A stretch of DNA of 63,419 nucleotides from the IMG/VR virus record IMGVR_UViG_3300026512_000011, positions 1 to 63,419 of that record; one strand, 5' to 3'. Source of the DNA: a virus. Its lineage: Duplodnaviria > Caudoviricetes. The notes beneath the pieces were generated by a model, which worked only from the letters and a program-made list of their open reading frames with translations, did no database searches and was not told where the DNA came from. The position numbers and the translations under genes are program-made. This document shows, one piece after another, positions 19,810 through 29,961 of the stretch (within the stretch, counting starts at the first letter, position 1; the number at the start of each line of letters is the position of its first letter).

Positions 19810-20913
19810 TTATCTAACATCTTTCAATCTTACCATTGCATTTCCAATTGCAACCTTAAAGTCAATCCTATTCCAAGCCTTAATAAGAACTTGGTGATTT
19901 ACAAAAGCATTTCCACCTTCAGTAGTAGCTTCAATTCCAAATTCTCCTCTATCAAACAAGTAAGCATTCTTATAATCTCCAAAAAGGATATAAGTAGCAT
20001 CAGTATCAGGTGTTCCATCTCCATTAGTATCTATTTGATATACAGGAATCTGTGGGTTTTCAACTACTGGTCTTCCAAAGAGGAGGAGATTTCCACCTTG
20101 AGCTGGAACAGTAAGAAGAGGTCTATCATCTTTATCTTTCAAAGAATAAAGAATTTGCATTCCTTTAGAGTTTACAAGCCAAACTCCTTTACTTCTGTAA
20201 GGTTCAGATACACTTAAAAACGCCTCTACAATGTCATTGTAAGTAAGGTTAGAAGAAAGAGTTTTTTCAGGAATTGAGGAATCGTTAACAAGTCCAACTA
20301 TTGGAATAGTAGAACCATCTCCTTTTGTAATGGCTTCATCTTCAACTTTGGCATATGCCTCTGTAAAGAGTTCTTTAATAGTTTGAGTAAGATTGATAGG
20401 AGTATCTGCAAGCAATTCTCTTGAAATTGCAGTAAATACATCAACTCTTTTAACTGCATAAGTAATTTGTTCAAATGCAGGTTGAGATTCGTTAAATGCA
20501 GAATTTTCAGTTCCCCATTTATAAACAGGTTTAGATGCAACTTTAGGTTGTTCTCCAGCTCTTCCATTTACTTTTATAACCTTAACAAGCGGTCTCATTA
20601 CTCCAACTTTTTCAAGTTCAACAATAAGCTCTTTTCTAAATTCTGTTGGAAGTAAAAATCCACCTTCAGAATCAGTTTGACCACCGAGAGCTTTTACAGT
20701 TGCAAAATCCTTAACAAGAACTGCTTTAACAAATTCTTTCATTTTTTGTTCTGATGGAAGTTTCTCAAACTCTGCTTCTTTTTCTACTGTCTCTTGTGGG
20801 AGAACTTTGTGTTTAACTTCAGCTTGTCCAATTCCAAGCTCTTTAATTGCATTTTCTACTGTTGAAGTTAATAGCTCTTTTAATTCTTCCATAGTAAGTT
20901 CTTTTGTAGCCAT
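19810..20913 (-). CDS. HK97-fold major capsid protein
   Basis: GGFLLPTEF, ISRELLAD, LKDKDDRPL, LFGRPV, LFGD motifs. Confidence 0.95.
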   Translation of the reverse strand: MATKELTMEELKELLTSTVENAIKELGIGQAEVKHKVLPQETVEKEAEFEKLPSEQKMKEFVKAVLVKDFATVKALGGQTDSEGGFLLPTEFRKELIVELEKVGVMRPLVKVIKVNGRAGEQPKVASKPVYKWGTENSAFNESQPAFEQITYAVKRVDVFTAISRELLADTPINLTQTIKELFTEAYAKVEDEAITKGDGSTIPIVGLVNDSSIPEKTLSSNLTYNDIVEAFLSVSEPYRSKGVWLVNSKGMQILYSLKDKDDRPLLTVPAQGGNLLLFGRPVVENPQIPVYQIDTNGDGTPDTDATYILFGDYKNAYLFDRGEFGIEATTEGGNAFVNHQVLIKAWNRIDFKVAIGNAMVRLKDVR

Positions 20914-20915
20914 AA

Positions 20916-21218
20916 TTACTTACCTCCGTAAATTTTTTGTTTAATTAGTGTTTGTAAAATTTCTTTAACTTGTTCTGTGTCTATTTTTACTTTAACAACA
21001 TCATCAGCCGATTCGTTTTTTTCTTCTACCTCTCCATTTTGAGAGGGAGAATCGGCTTTAGATTCATTGTTATCTGAATTTATAATATCCTTATCTTCTG
21101 TTTTGTCAATATTCTCTATATTTCTCTTTAATTCTTCTTCTTTTTGTTTAATTACCTTTTCAAGTTCATTAATTTTAGATTCCATTTCTTTAATTTGATT
21201 AAGAAGCTTTTCTATCAT
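20916..21218 (-). CDS. putative nested scaffold protein (100 aa, internal in-frame start)
   Basis: AAGGAG followed by 8 nt and an in-frame ATG at 21218, just before the coiled coil. Confidence 0.45.
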   Translation of the reverse strand: MIEKLLNQIKEMESKINELEKVIKQKEEELKRNIENIDKTEDKDIINSDNNESKADSPSQNGEVEEKNESADDVVKVKIDTEQVKEILQTLIKQKIYGGK

Positions 21219-22394
21219 CTCTAACTCTCCTTTTATATAAGATTTAAGTTGATTTGCAATTTCTTCTGAATTATGGAGTTTAATAAATTCAATTACAGTT
21301 TCTATATCTACGCCTTTTTCTATATGTTGATTAATTATATCTATTATCGTATAATCTGATTCTTTTTTAGGATTCCATTCAGGAGGAATCATATCAAAAT
21401 CATTCGTATAGTGTTTTGCTAAATGGTCATATACTCCTTGTCTATCATCGGTAGGTAAGTTTTTATAGTATTTCATAAAGAATGCCATAGCTGTTATTAC
21501 TCCTCTTTTTACTACATAAAAATCACCATCTTTTACCCAATGATGAGGATATTTATAAGAAGTAAAATTATCTATTGCATTAGCATCATACCAAGTAAAT
21601 CCTTTTCTGTATTTAATCCAATCAATTGTATCTTTTTCTCCTGAACCATCTTTAGATGCCCATTTTCTTAATGATTCTATTGCTTTTTCTTTATCCCAAG
21701 ATGATTCTTCATCTTTTTTCATATCTTTAGGATGAACTGAATATGAAACTGCATTTTTCTCCACTACATCAAATAATTCCTTATTTAAGAAGATAAAACT
21801 ATCTGTTTTGCAATCATATCCTGTGCATATTGAAATTCCTTTAGATGCCATAACTAATGTAGCTTGAGGATTGGCTGGAACTGGAACAAGTGAAACTTCA
21901 AATAGTTCGGATTTAGTTATAACTCTCCATATTTTGCCTTTAGCTATATCAGATTCAAATTTTTTATAAATTTCAGGAAAGTCTTTTTCTAAATCTGCAA
22001 ATGTTTTACCGAAATAAACTCCATCTTTATCATAACATTCTTTAATTCTAAATCCAATTGATACTGTTTTTATATATCCATTTGATACTAAATATTCAGC
22101 TTTTTTACCTTCTTCTGTGTCTGCAAATACAAATCCTACAATTGGGAAATTATCAAAATCTACTGCTTTTCCGATTGGGAAAGAATGACTATCGTGAGCA
22201 AATAAAAATACTGGATTATTTTTGTAATTAGAGACATCTACTCCTTCAGGAATTACCACATCTCCAACTCTGTCTATTGTATCCGATGTCACTCTAAAAT
22301 AATAAATTTTCTTTTCTTTTTCATTTTCTTTATACTCTTTTACTTGAATAGAATCATCAGAAAAAACAATTCTAATTTTGTCAAGTTTATTCAT
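20916..22394 (-). CDS. HK97-type prohead protease fused to an extra domain and a coiled-coil scaffold-like tail
   Basis: DRVGD, NPVFLFAH, SIGF, LFEVSLVPVPANP motifs. Confidence 0.9.
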   Translation of the reverse strand: MNKLDKIRIVFSDDSIQVKEYKENEKEKKIYYFRVTSDTIDRVGDVVIPEGVDVSNYKNNPVFLFAHDSHSFPIGKAVDFDNFPIVGFVFADTEEGKKAEYLVSNGYIKTVSIGFRIKECYDKDGVYFGKTFADLEKDFPEIYKKFESDIAKGKIWRVITKSELFEVSLVPVPANPQATLVMASKGISICTGYDCKTDSFIFLNKELFDVVEKNAVSYSVHPKDMKKDEESSWDKEKAIESLRKWASKDGSGEKDTIDWIKYRKGFTWYDANAIDNFTSYKYPHHWVKDGDFYVVKRGVITAMAFFMKYYKNLPTDDRQGVYDHLAKHYTNDFDMIPPEWNPKKESDYTIIDIINQHIEKGVDIETVIEFIKLHNSEEIANQLKSYIKGELEMIEKLLNQIKEMESKINELEKVIKQKEEELKRNIENIDKTEDKDIINSDNNESKADSPSQNGEVEEKNESADDVVKVKIDTEQVKEILQTLIKQKIYGGK

Positions 22395-22433
22395 ATTTCA
22401 CCTCTCATTAAGTTTATTTTCATTTCAATTTAC

Positions 22434-22461
22434 AATGTAATGTTAATATAATTTATGTCAA
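22434..22461 (-). promoter_or_regulatory. sigma70-like promoter for the protease/capsid genes
   Basis: TTGACA-N16-TACATT. Confidence 0.6.
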
Positions 22462-23238
22462 GTTTAAACTTAATGTTATTTCATTGTTTAATGATTTATG
22501 TGGAGACTTTAACATAAGTATCGTGGCTCTTGAATTCGGGTGGAGAGGGGGGAAAAGTCCCTTACAATTAGTGCAACCTTGTAATGGAATATAAAACTCT
22601 TCAAGATAAAATTTTACTTGATTGTGTATAAGTTTTGATTTAGAATCAGGAGAATTAAAACAAGCTATATACTTTTTATAGTAATATCCTTGAGATACCA
22701 TAAAAGTAAAATATGCAAAGTGAAATGCTCTATATATTTCAGTTTGAGCTATTTCTTTAGAACGCCAAGATTTAAAATCTGAATTGTAATATTCATTGAC
22801 TTTATCTATAAATTCAGATTTTGATATTTCTCCCGATACATACTTTTTATATAGCTTATTAAGAATTTTAATAGTCGTATTTTCTATATAAGTAGCTATT
22901 GTTGTTATTGTAGATGTTGTGTATTGCTCGGATAAATATTGTAATAAATCTTTTGTATAATCTGAATCTGATTCAGCTTTACCTCTATCTAATCCTAATT
23001 TAATAGCATTAACAGATTGTTCTGAATAAAGTTTTATTAATTTTTCTACATATTTAGATGTGTCATAAAAATAACTGTAAGAAATAGAATCTGATTTAAT
23101 GTTTTTTATTACTTCTTTTTGTTGTTGTGAAAAATAAGAACGCAACTTTGAATTAAAATCTTTTATCAATGGAAGAAGTCTTAAATAAATAGATAAACAC
23201 AATTCATTATATTTTGATTTGATTACATTCATATTCAT
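22453..23238 (-). CDS. head morphogenesis protein (Mu gpF / SPP1 gp7-like)
   Basis: IAQTEI.RA and PPLHPN motifs; directly after the portal. Confidence 0.8.
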   Translation of the reverse strand: MNMNVIKSKYNELCLSIYLRLLPLIKDFNSKLRSYFSQQQKEVIKNIKSDSISYSYFYDTSKYVEKLIKLYSEQSVNAIKLGLDRGKAESDSDYTKDLLQYLSEQYTTSTITTIATYIENTTIKILNKLYKKYVSGEISKSEFIDKVNEYYNSDFKSWRSKEIAQTEIYRAFHFAYFTFMVSQGYYYKKYIACFNSPDSKSKLIHNQVKFYLEEFYIPLQGCTNCKGLFPPLHPNSRATILMLKSPHKSLNNEITLSLNLT

Positions 23239-24569
23239 TATTTCTCCATTTCCTTTTTTAAGAGTTCTTTTATTGCCTTATCAATTTGATTCATTTCAGC
23301 CATAAATTCTTCATATATAACATCTTTCATAGAAAGTAATTCATTATCTAATTTTTTCTCATCTTCTTTTTTAGGTCTTCCTTCGGGAAGATTAAGAGGA
23401 GTTATAAATTCATCTCCATATTCATCTTCAATAGGCTGTAATCCTAATAATTGTCTCACCTCATTAACAGTAGCTATTCCAAATGTAGATAATACTTTTG
23501 CTTTTTGGACATTAAGTTGTTCATCTTCAGGAGAAGGAGAATCAAATTTAATTTGATAGTTTTCTTTGGTAATTAAAGGAATTATTTGAGTATTGATTAG
23601 ATATTCTAATTTCTTTAATCTCGGTTTTATACAATATTTAGCAAATAATCTTTGTTGAACTTCTGCTGTTGTTCTGTTAATTGATTCTGTATAATTAAGC
23701 ATAAGAGGAGGAATGTTAAATGCTGTTAAAATATCATATACAGTCCATTTAGATTGATTGATAAATTCATCTGAAGGTTTGGTTGCTATTTCTTGATATT
23801 TCCAATTACCATTTCCCAATATAGCTATATTCCAAGATTTATCTATCCCTTGAAATTTTGAGTTCCAAGATTGCTTTATTTCCTCTATATCTGAATTTGT
23901 TACCTTTCTATCAGTAGTAAGTAATCCAAATGGAACTGCACCATTTTTATAAAAAGCTCTTACATATTTTTTGGCAAAAGTGTGTATATCAAATTCAAGA
24001 GCTATTTTTGATAATGGAGATTCCCCTCTATTTATTTTAGAAGGAGATGGATAAAAATCATAAATAACATCATCTGGAGAATATTTAATTGTTTTACCAT
24101 CAACTTTATACTCAAAATGAGTTAAATTAATATTTGTTCCATCAAATTTAGGTTCTATTGCCCAAGATGGAATAATCCATAATTCGTATAATAATCCAGC
24201 TTTATCTCTTAATTTGTAAATATATCTTTCTCCAAATATATCTATCATTACTTGGAGAATATAAATAAAATCATACCAACTCATAAATCTGTTTGGTTTT
24301 GATAAAAATTTTAAAACTATATCATTGTTGTCTTTTACTTCTTTACCATTTTTATATAAAACAAAAGATTGTTGAGCTACTGTATTGGCTATTAAATTAA
24401 TAGCCGAATAAACAATTGATTCATATCCATATTTCATTAAATTATATTTGTCGTTTTTAAATGACGATAATCCAGCTAAAGAAGATATAGTATTAAATGG
24501 AGTATCAATTGATTTAGCTGTATATTCTTTCTTATCATCTTTAATAACTTTTATTTCAGCCATATTCAC
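23238..24569 (-). CDS. HK97-family portal protein
   Basis: VYSAINLIA, PNRFMS, G.SPL, FYKNGAVP, AFNIPP, TVNEVR motifs. Confidence 0.95.
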   Translation of the reverse strand: MNMAEIKVIKDDKKEYTAKSIDTPFNTISSLAGLSSFKNDKYNLMKYGYESIVYSAINLIANTVAQQSFVLYKNGKEVKDNNDIVLKFLSKPNRFMSWYDFIYILQVMIDIFGERYIYKLRDKAGLLYELWIIPSWAIEPKFDGTNINLTHFEYKVDGKTIKYSPDDVIYDFYPSPSKINRGESPLSKIALEFDIHTFAKKYVRAFYKNGAVPFGLLTTDRKVTNSDIEEIKQSWNSKFQGIDKSWNIAILGNGNWKYQEIATKPSDEFINQSKWTVYDILTAFNIPPLMLNYTESINRTTAEVQQRLFAKYCIKPRLKKLEYLINTQIIPLITKENYQIKFDSPSPEDEQLNVQKAKVLSTFGIATVNEVRQLLGLQPIEDEYGDEFITPLNLPEGRPKKEDEKKLDNELLSMKDVIYEEFMAEMNQIDKAIKELLKKEMEK

Positions 24570-24607
24570 CTCTTAATGTAATTGCTAATATAAAATGTAT
24601 ATGATTG

Positions 24608-25999
24608 TTATAAAAAGTAAACATCTACTTTTTGTGGAATTACAAACCTTAATGCAGTTGCCATAGCTCTATCAGGAGAACGACCAAGTTTATGTTTCTT
24701 TAAATATTTACTGTCTATAAGTTTAAATCTACCTTTGCTATCAAAAGTATATTCCATTGCTAATAATTCATTTTTTAGCATATCATTATCTACAAGTTTT
24801 ACTAATCCAGCATTTATACTTTCTTTTAACATAAAGAATGCTTCAGTAATAATATTCGCATATTTATCATCTTCAAATGCTCTTTCTGAAAAATTAATTG
24901 GATAAACTTTATATCCTTGTTCATCTAATCTATCAACTACTCCAGCTCCTAATCCAGTAGAGTCAACTATTATTTTTGCACCTTTATAATCATTATAAAG
25001 TTTGATGATAAATCCTACAATTTCCATTAAATTTTTATTTTCAAGTTCTATTAACTTTTCCTGTTTAAATCCTTTCCATATTGCTATTACTGTTGAATCT
25101 TCTCCATATCTTGCTATATCTACTGTTATATAATATTCTCCTTTATCATCAGGATTAGGATTATTCATAGCTAATTCTATTTCAGATGGAGAAAACATAC
25201 CAGTCTCTACTGATAAAGGAAATTCCCCTAATATTTTAACTTTCCAATATGTAGAATCTTCTCCATATTTTCTTCTTGCATTTTCCACAAAATCTTCATT
25301 AGGCAAAACTTTATACAAGAAATCTCTATATTTTTTAGGGATTTCATTTATTTCTCCAGTAAATAATGGAGTATCAAATACTGATATTTTGACTTTATAA
25401 TAAGATGGGTCAAATAAAGTTTTATAAAAATGTCCTTCAGGTCTTAAAGGATTGCCTAATACAAGTCTATAATTACAACCACCAGACATATTACCATCTA
25501 AAGCATCCCAAACATAATCTTCTACACTACTTGCCTCATCTATAATTTGCAATTGATATGGAGCGTGTATTCCTTGTATAGCTTCTATTTTTCTTGCTGA
25601 TAAAACAGATGCCCACCATTGTCCTTTAGTTATTTCCCATCTTGTTGATGTAGGTTCGCCAAGTAATTTAATTCTTGCTTTATGATAAAATTCTATAACA
25701 TTTCTCCATATTGAACGATGAACTTGGTCAAATGATGCACCTACAATAGGAATGATAGAATTCGGATGTGTTTGCAAAAACCATATAGTTGTAGCTCCAC
25801 CTAAAAATGATTTACCTGCCCCTGTGCAAGAATACACAGCTACTTTTTTGTATTTCCTCAATGCTAATAAAATTTCTCTTTGTTTTGACCACAACCAAAC
25901 ATTAAATACAGTTGTTATATAAAATACCGGGTCATCTACAAATTTTTGTATAATATGTTTCGGTAATTCTGTTATATCAATTTTATGATTATCTCGCAT
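24608..25999 (-). CDS. terL: terminase large subunit
   Basis: Walker A GAGKS, Walker B IIDEA, GNP, nuclease VDIARYGED and SPDRA. Confidence 0.93.
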   Translation of the reverse strand: MRDNHKIDITELPKHIIQKFVDDPVFYITTVFNVWLWSKQREILLALRKYKKVAVYSCTGAGKSFLGGATTIWFLQTHPNSIIPIVGASFDQVHRSIWRNVIEFYHKARIKLLGEPTSTRWEITKGQWWASVLSARKIEAIQGIHAPYQLQIIDEASSVEDYVWDALDGNMSGGCNYRLVLGNPLRPEGHFYKTLFDPSYYKVKISVFDTPLFTGEINEIPKKYRDFLYKVLPNEDFVENARRKYGEDSTYWKVKILGEFPLSVETGMFSPSEIELAMNNPNPDDKGEYYITVDIARYGEDSTVIAIWKGFKQEKLIELENKNLMEIVGFIIKLYNDYKGAKIIVDSTGLGAGVVDRLDEQGYKVYPINFSERAFEDDKYANIITEAFFMLKESINAGLVKLVDNDMLKNELLAMEYTFDSKGRFKLIDSKYLKKHKLGRSPDRAMATALRFVIPQKVDVYFL

Positions 26000-26714
26000 T
26001 TACTAACTCCAAAATTCTTTTCTTTGTTATTTCACAATATTCAAGATTTATTTCTATCCCTATCCATCTTCTATTTAATTTCTCACAAGCTACTAAAGTA
26101 GTTCCTGAACCTACAAAACAATCTAAAACTAAATCATTATAATTTGAACTTTTATTGATTATTTGCCCCAATAAAGCAACAGGCTTCTCGTTTTGATGTT
26201 TTTGTTTTTTACCTGCCACTCTATCAAAAAACCATACATCTGACAATCTTTTCCCATTTATAAATTTTCTCCCTTTATTAGCATAGAATATTAATTCATA
26301 TTGTTGACCAAATTGAGCCTTTAAATCTCCTGCTGTCCAATTATTTTTTATCCAAATTATTATATTTTTAAGTTTAAAATATTTTTCAATTTCTTGTTTA
26401 AAAAAATCAACTGTTTTCCAGCTTCCAAAACAATAAAAAGCTGTATCATTTCGTAATATTCTAAATGATAGCTGTATAAATTGTTTAATCAATTCATTAT
26501 TATCATCATTTAAAATAGGACTACAAAACTTATGATTTTTGTTTTTTCTATGATTTGTTTTATACTTAATTAAATAAGGAGGGTCTGTTAATACTAAATC
26601 AATACTTTTATTAGGAAATTTCTTCATAATTTCCAAACAATCTCCACAATACAATATTCCATTTTCAGTTTCAAAATATCTGTTTTCTTTTGGAAATTTA
26701 TCTTTCCAATTCAT
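25989..26714 (-). CDS. beta-class N6A/N4C DNA methyltransferase
   Basis: DPPY (motif IV) precedes H..EKP and DCFVGSGTT (motif I). Confidence 0.92.
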   Translation of the reverse strand: MNWKDKFPKENRYFETENGILYCGDCLEIMKKFPNKSIDLVLTDPPYLIKYKTNHRKNKNHKFCSPILNDDNNELIKQFIQLSFRILRNDTAFYCFGSWKTVDFFKQEIEKYFKLKNIIIWIKNNWTAGDLKAQFGQQYELIFYANKGRKFINGKRLSDVWFFDRVAGKKQKHQNEKPVALLGQIINKSSNYNDLVLDCFVGSGTTLVACEKLNRRWIGIEINLEYCEITKKRILELVNAR

Positions 26715-27192
26715 TAAAAACCTCCATACACCTCATAATATTGGCTATCTGGTCGGCTCTTGAATTAAATGGACAACCATTATGTCCTTTAATCCAGCAT
26801 ATTGTAAGTCTAATATATTTCCTTAAATAATCAATCTCTGATAATATCATTTCTATTAAAGTTTTATTACTTCTATATCTCCACTTTCTATTTAAAACTT
26901 TAACTGAATACAGACTATCCGAATATATCACAGCTTTCTTTATTGAAGATAAATTATCCTTAATAAAAAGTAAAGAATAGTAAATTGCCAATAATTCTCC
27001 TTGATTGTTTGTAATATTCTTTAATTGTTTCCCGAATTCAAGTATAATATTACCTCTCTTATTTACTACTATAAATCCTATTCCACATTTGTTTTTGCCA
27101 TAATATTGAGAGCTATCTGTATAAATGTATATTTTAGAATATGGAAATTTTATATTTTCATTTAGCTTGACTGTGAGGTCTGCTTCTTCCAT
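26698..27192 (-). CDS. rnhA: ribonuclease HI
   Basis: IYTD, TNNQGEL, YSDSLY, WIKGH, N.RAD motifs. Confidence 0.9.
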   Translation of the reverse strand: MEEADLTVKLNENIKFPYSKIYIYTDSSQYYGKNKCGIGFIVVNKRGNIILEFGKQLKNITNNQGELLAIYYSLLFIKDNLSSIKKAVIYSDSLYSVKVLNRKWRYRSNKTLIEMILSEIDYLRKYIRLTICWIKGHNGCPFNSRADQIANIMRCMEVFNELER

Positions 27193-27860
27193 TCTTCCTC
27201 TATCTCCTTTTCTTCTTTATTTTCTATCTCTTCAAGTTCCTCATATACTTCTAATATTTCCTCCATTGTAAGTTGAACTTCATTGTCTTTATCAGCTTCA
27301 TTTAACTTATCTAATCTTGCTATTAAGTCTATAAGTTTAGAATTAAGTTCTATGTATGAGTTTTGAGCTTTCCAATATTCCAATGATTGATTGTCATAAG
27401 TTTCCATATCTTTTCTAACTTTTTTAATTGCCTTTAACATATCCTTTATTTGACTATAAAGAATTTTTCTAATTCCAATTGCTTCATTTTCCTCATCAAG
27501 TTCTATGTTATTAATCTCTGAATATTCCTCTTGTAAATCTTCAGGAAGTTTGGCTGGAAATAAAAATCTTATTTGGGAATTAAGTATATCTATTGATTTT
27601 GTTAATGTTTTGTGAAATGAAATAAGAACATCAGTAGGAATTTCCTCATCTTCTTTTGATAAAGCATTTTCTATCTTTTCTTCTATTTTTGATAAAATTT
27701 TAAAGGAAGTTAAATATCTTTTTAATGCAAGTTTATATGCAATTATTTTAAACTTATCAAATAAATCTCTTGCTTTTCCATCTATTGATTCTGATTCAAG
27801 TTCTGTTAACATATCTCTTATTTTTACTTCCAATTCTGTTAAAAATTTAGGATTATCCAT
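27162..27860 (-). CDS. helical hypothetical protein, possible terminase small subunit
   Basis: 232 aa acidic helical protein upstream of terL; TerS role inferred from position only. Confidence 0.4.
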   Translation of the reverse strand: MDNPKFLTELEVKIRDMLTELESESIDGKARDLFDKFKIIAYKLALKRYLTSFKILSKIEEKIENALSKEDEEIPTDVLISFHKTLTKSIDILNSQIRFLFPAKLPEDLQEEYSEINNIELDEENEAIGIRKILYSQIKDMLKAIKKVRKDMETYDNQSLEYWKAQNSYIELNSKLIDLIARLDKLNEADKDNEVQLTMEEILEVYEELEEIENKEEKEIEEEWKKQTSQSS

Positions 27861-27871
27861 ATTTACTCCTA

Positions 27872-29548
27872 TTAACTTTGATGTATTCTTGAAATTCCAT
27901 TTTCCTTTATAACTAAAATTGTATTCTCAAATAAAGATTTCAAGTTATCATTATGAGATATGAAATAAACTGATTTATCAGGGAAGAAATCTTTGATAAA
28001 AGAAATAATTTGGTTAATTGAATTGAAATCTAATCCATCAAATACTTCGTCAAATACTCTTATGTTTATGTCAACGTTAGATAAATATGATATGAATTCC
28101 GAAAATGTTAACTGAAGTGCAAAATCTAATCTCCTTTTTTCTCCTCCTGATAAAGATGCATAATCTACGCCTGTTATATCTATTGATTTATAATCGTTAG
28201 ATATTTGAAGTTTTATGTTAGAGAATTCGGGAAATATGTTTGGAATTAAATCAAACAAAATCTGATTATAAAGTTCTATGTAGTTAAGCAAAATTACAGT
28301 CCTTAATTCTCCTGATGGCTGAACAAGTTTCAGAAAAGATTTCAATCTTTCGTATTCAAATGAAAGATTATCATATTCAGATTGATAAGTTTCTAATTGA
28401 GATTTTAAAGAATTAAGTTTTGATTCCAATTCTTTTATTTTATCTTCGTTTATATTTTGTTGATTAGTTGATTTGTTAAGTAAAGTTAACAATTCAGCTT
28501 TCTTTGACTCCAATTTTCTTAACTCTTCCATTCTCTTGTTTAATTCAGATTTTAAATCTGATATTTTTGCTTCATAGAATTTATCTAATTCATTTTTTTG
28601 GTTAGATAATTTATTTAACTGACTTGATAAAATATTTCTTTTTGCCATAAATAGTTTTTTATTTTCAATCTTTTGATTGCAAACAGGACAAATAGATTTA
28701 GAAAGAAGAGAATCTATTTGAGATATTTTTGTTTGGATTGAAGATATTTGAGAAGTTATCTGATTTAAGTTCTTTCTATATTCAGAATTCAATAACTCTA
28801 ATTCTGCTGAAAGTTTATTTATTATTTCGTTTTGATTATTAATTTGAATTAATAATTCATTTAATTGAGATTTGACTTCTTCTATGTTTATATTTTCATT
28901 CTGATTATTAGACATTGATTGATATGCTTTAAGTTCTCCTTCTAATCCAGCTATTTGCTGTTTTAATTCTTGGATTTCTATTTGTTTTTCATTTAACTTC
29001 TTCTCTAAAGAAGTTAAATCCAATTTAACTGCACTTTCTACTGAATTAAAATCAAAAGTTATTAAATTTGAAAAATATTCTTTTCTTTGTGTAGGTTTAA
29101 GTGTTGATATTTTAACTGATAATCCTTGTTTGTAAATAATTGAAGATATAAAATTTTCATAGGAAAGTTTAAAGATTGAATTGATTAGAGATTGAGTATC
29201 TTTTTTTGTATGAAAAGTAATTTCCTCGTCATTTTCAAAAATTCTCACAGAATTCTTATAATCTTTATGTTTAAAATACCTAATTAATTTATAACTTTTA
29301 TCATTATAATTAAAATTCAATTCAACAAAAGTATCATTAGTTCCTCTTCTTTGATAATTTCTATCTGATTTGCCATATATAGCATAAATAACTGCATCAA
29401 ATAAAGATGATTTTCCCGAACCATTTGATTGAGATATTTCGCTATCTCTATTTTCGCCTAATACAAGAAATTGACCTTCAGGAAAAGAAAACTCTTGATT
29501 TTGATAAGAAAGAAAATTATTAAGTTTTACTGATGTTAATTCTAACAT
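27872..29548 (-). CDS. sbcC: SbcC/Rad50-like ATPase (T4 gp46-like)
   Basis: NGSGKS, coiled coil with CPVC hook, LSGGE, DEVFDGLD, ISH. Confidence 0.93.
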   Translation of the reverse strand: MLELTSVKLNNFLSYQNQEFSFPEGQFLVLGENRDSEISQSNGSGKSSLFDAVIYAIYGKSDRNYQRRGTNDTFVELNFNYNDKSYKLIRYFKHKDYKNSVRIFENDEEITFHTKKDTQSLINSIFKLSYENFISSIIYKQGLSVKISTLKPTQRKEYFSNLITFDFNSVESAVKLDLTSLEKKLNEKQIEIQELKQQIAGLEGELKAYQSMSNNQNENINIEEVKSQLNELLIQINNQNEIINKLSAELELLNSEYRKNLNQITSQISSIQTKISQIDSLLSKSICPVCNQKIENKKLFMAKRNILSSQLNKLSNQKNELDKFYEAKISDLKSELNKRMEELRKLESKKAELLTLLNKSTNQQNINEDKIKELESKLNSLKSQLETYQSEYDNLSFEYERLKSFLKLVQPSGELRTVILLNYIELYNQILFDLIPNIFPEFSNIKLQISNDYKSIDITGVDYASLSGGEKRRLDFALQLTFSEFISYLSNVDINIRVFDEVFDGLDFNSINQIISFIKDFFPDKSVYFISHNDNLKSLFENTILVIKENGISRIHQS

Positions 29549-29560
29549 TTATTTTCCTCC

Positions 29561-29869
29561 TTATGTATAATATCCAACCATCTCTACATCTTTTGAACTA
29601 AAACCAAGAGAATACCACTCAACATAACAATTATCAATTGGTTTCCCTATCACAACTTCAAAATTTGGTATTCCTATTTTAACTCCAAATTTAAGTTTAT
29701 CTCCTTCAAAATTAACTTTCGCAAAAAGTATTAATTTTCTTTGTAGAAAGTTATCTATACCTCCATTTTCTTTTATTATTCTTTTCATTATTCTTCTCCA
29801 TTGTGATAAAATACTTCTATCATAAGAATAAACTAAATTAATATTTCCTAATCTTTGAACATAAATCAT
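29561..29869 (-). CDS. hypothetical protein
   Basis: 102 aa ORF coupled by ATGA to an upstream mini-ORF. Confidence 0.6.
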   Translation of the reverse strand: MIYVQRLGNINLVYSYDRSILSQWRRIMKRIIKENGGIDNFLQRKLILFAKVNFEGDKLKFGVKIGIPNFEVVIGKPIDNCYVEWYSLGFSSKDVEMVGYYT

Positions 29870-29934
29870 CTTTCCTTCTTTTTTGTAATTTTAGCAAGTT
29901 TCTTGAACTTCTTTAACAACTTACTATTCACCAT
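29866..29934 (-). CDS. 22-aa lysine-rich peptide MVNSKLLKKFKKLAKITKKKER (not in the ORF track)
   Basis: TAAGGAGGT RBS, own promoter, ATGA overlap with the next gene. Confidence 0.5.
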   Translation of the reverse strand: MVNSKLLKKFKKLAKITKKKER

Positions 29935-29961
29935 TTACCTCCTTAACTTTTATTACTTGTA

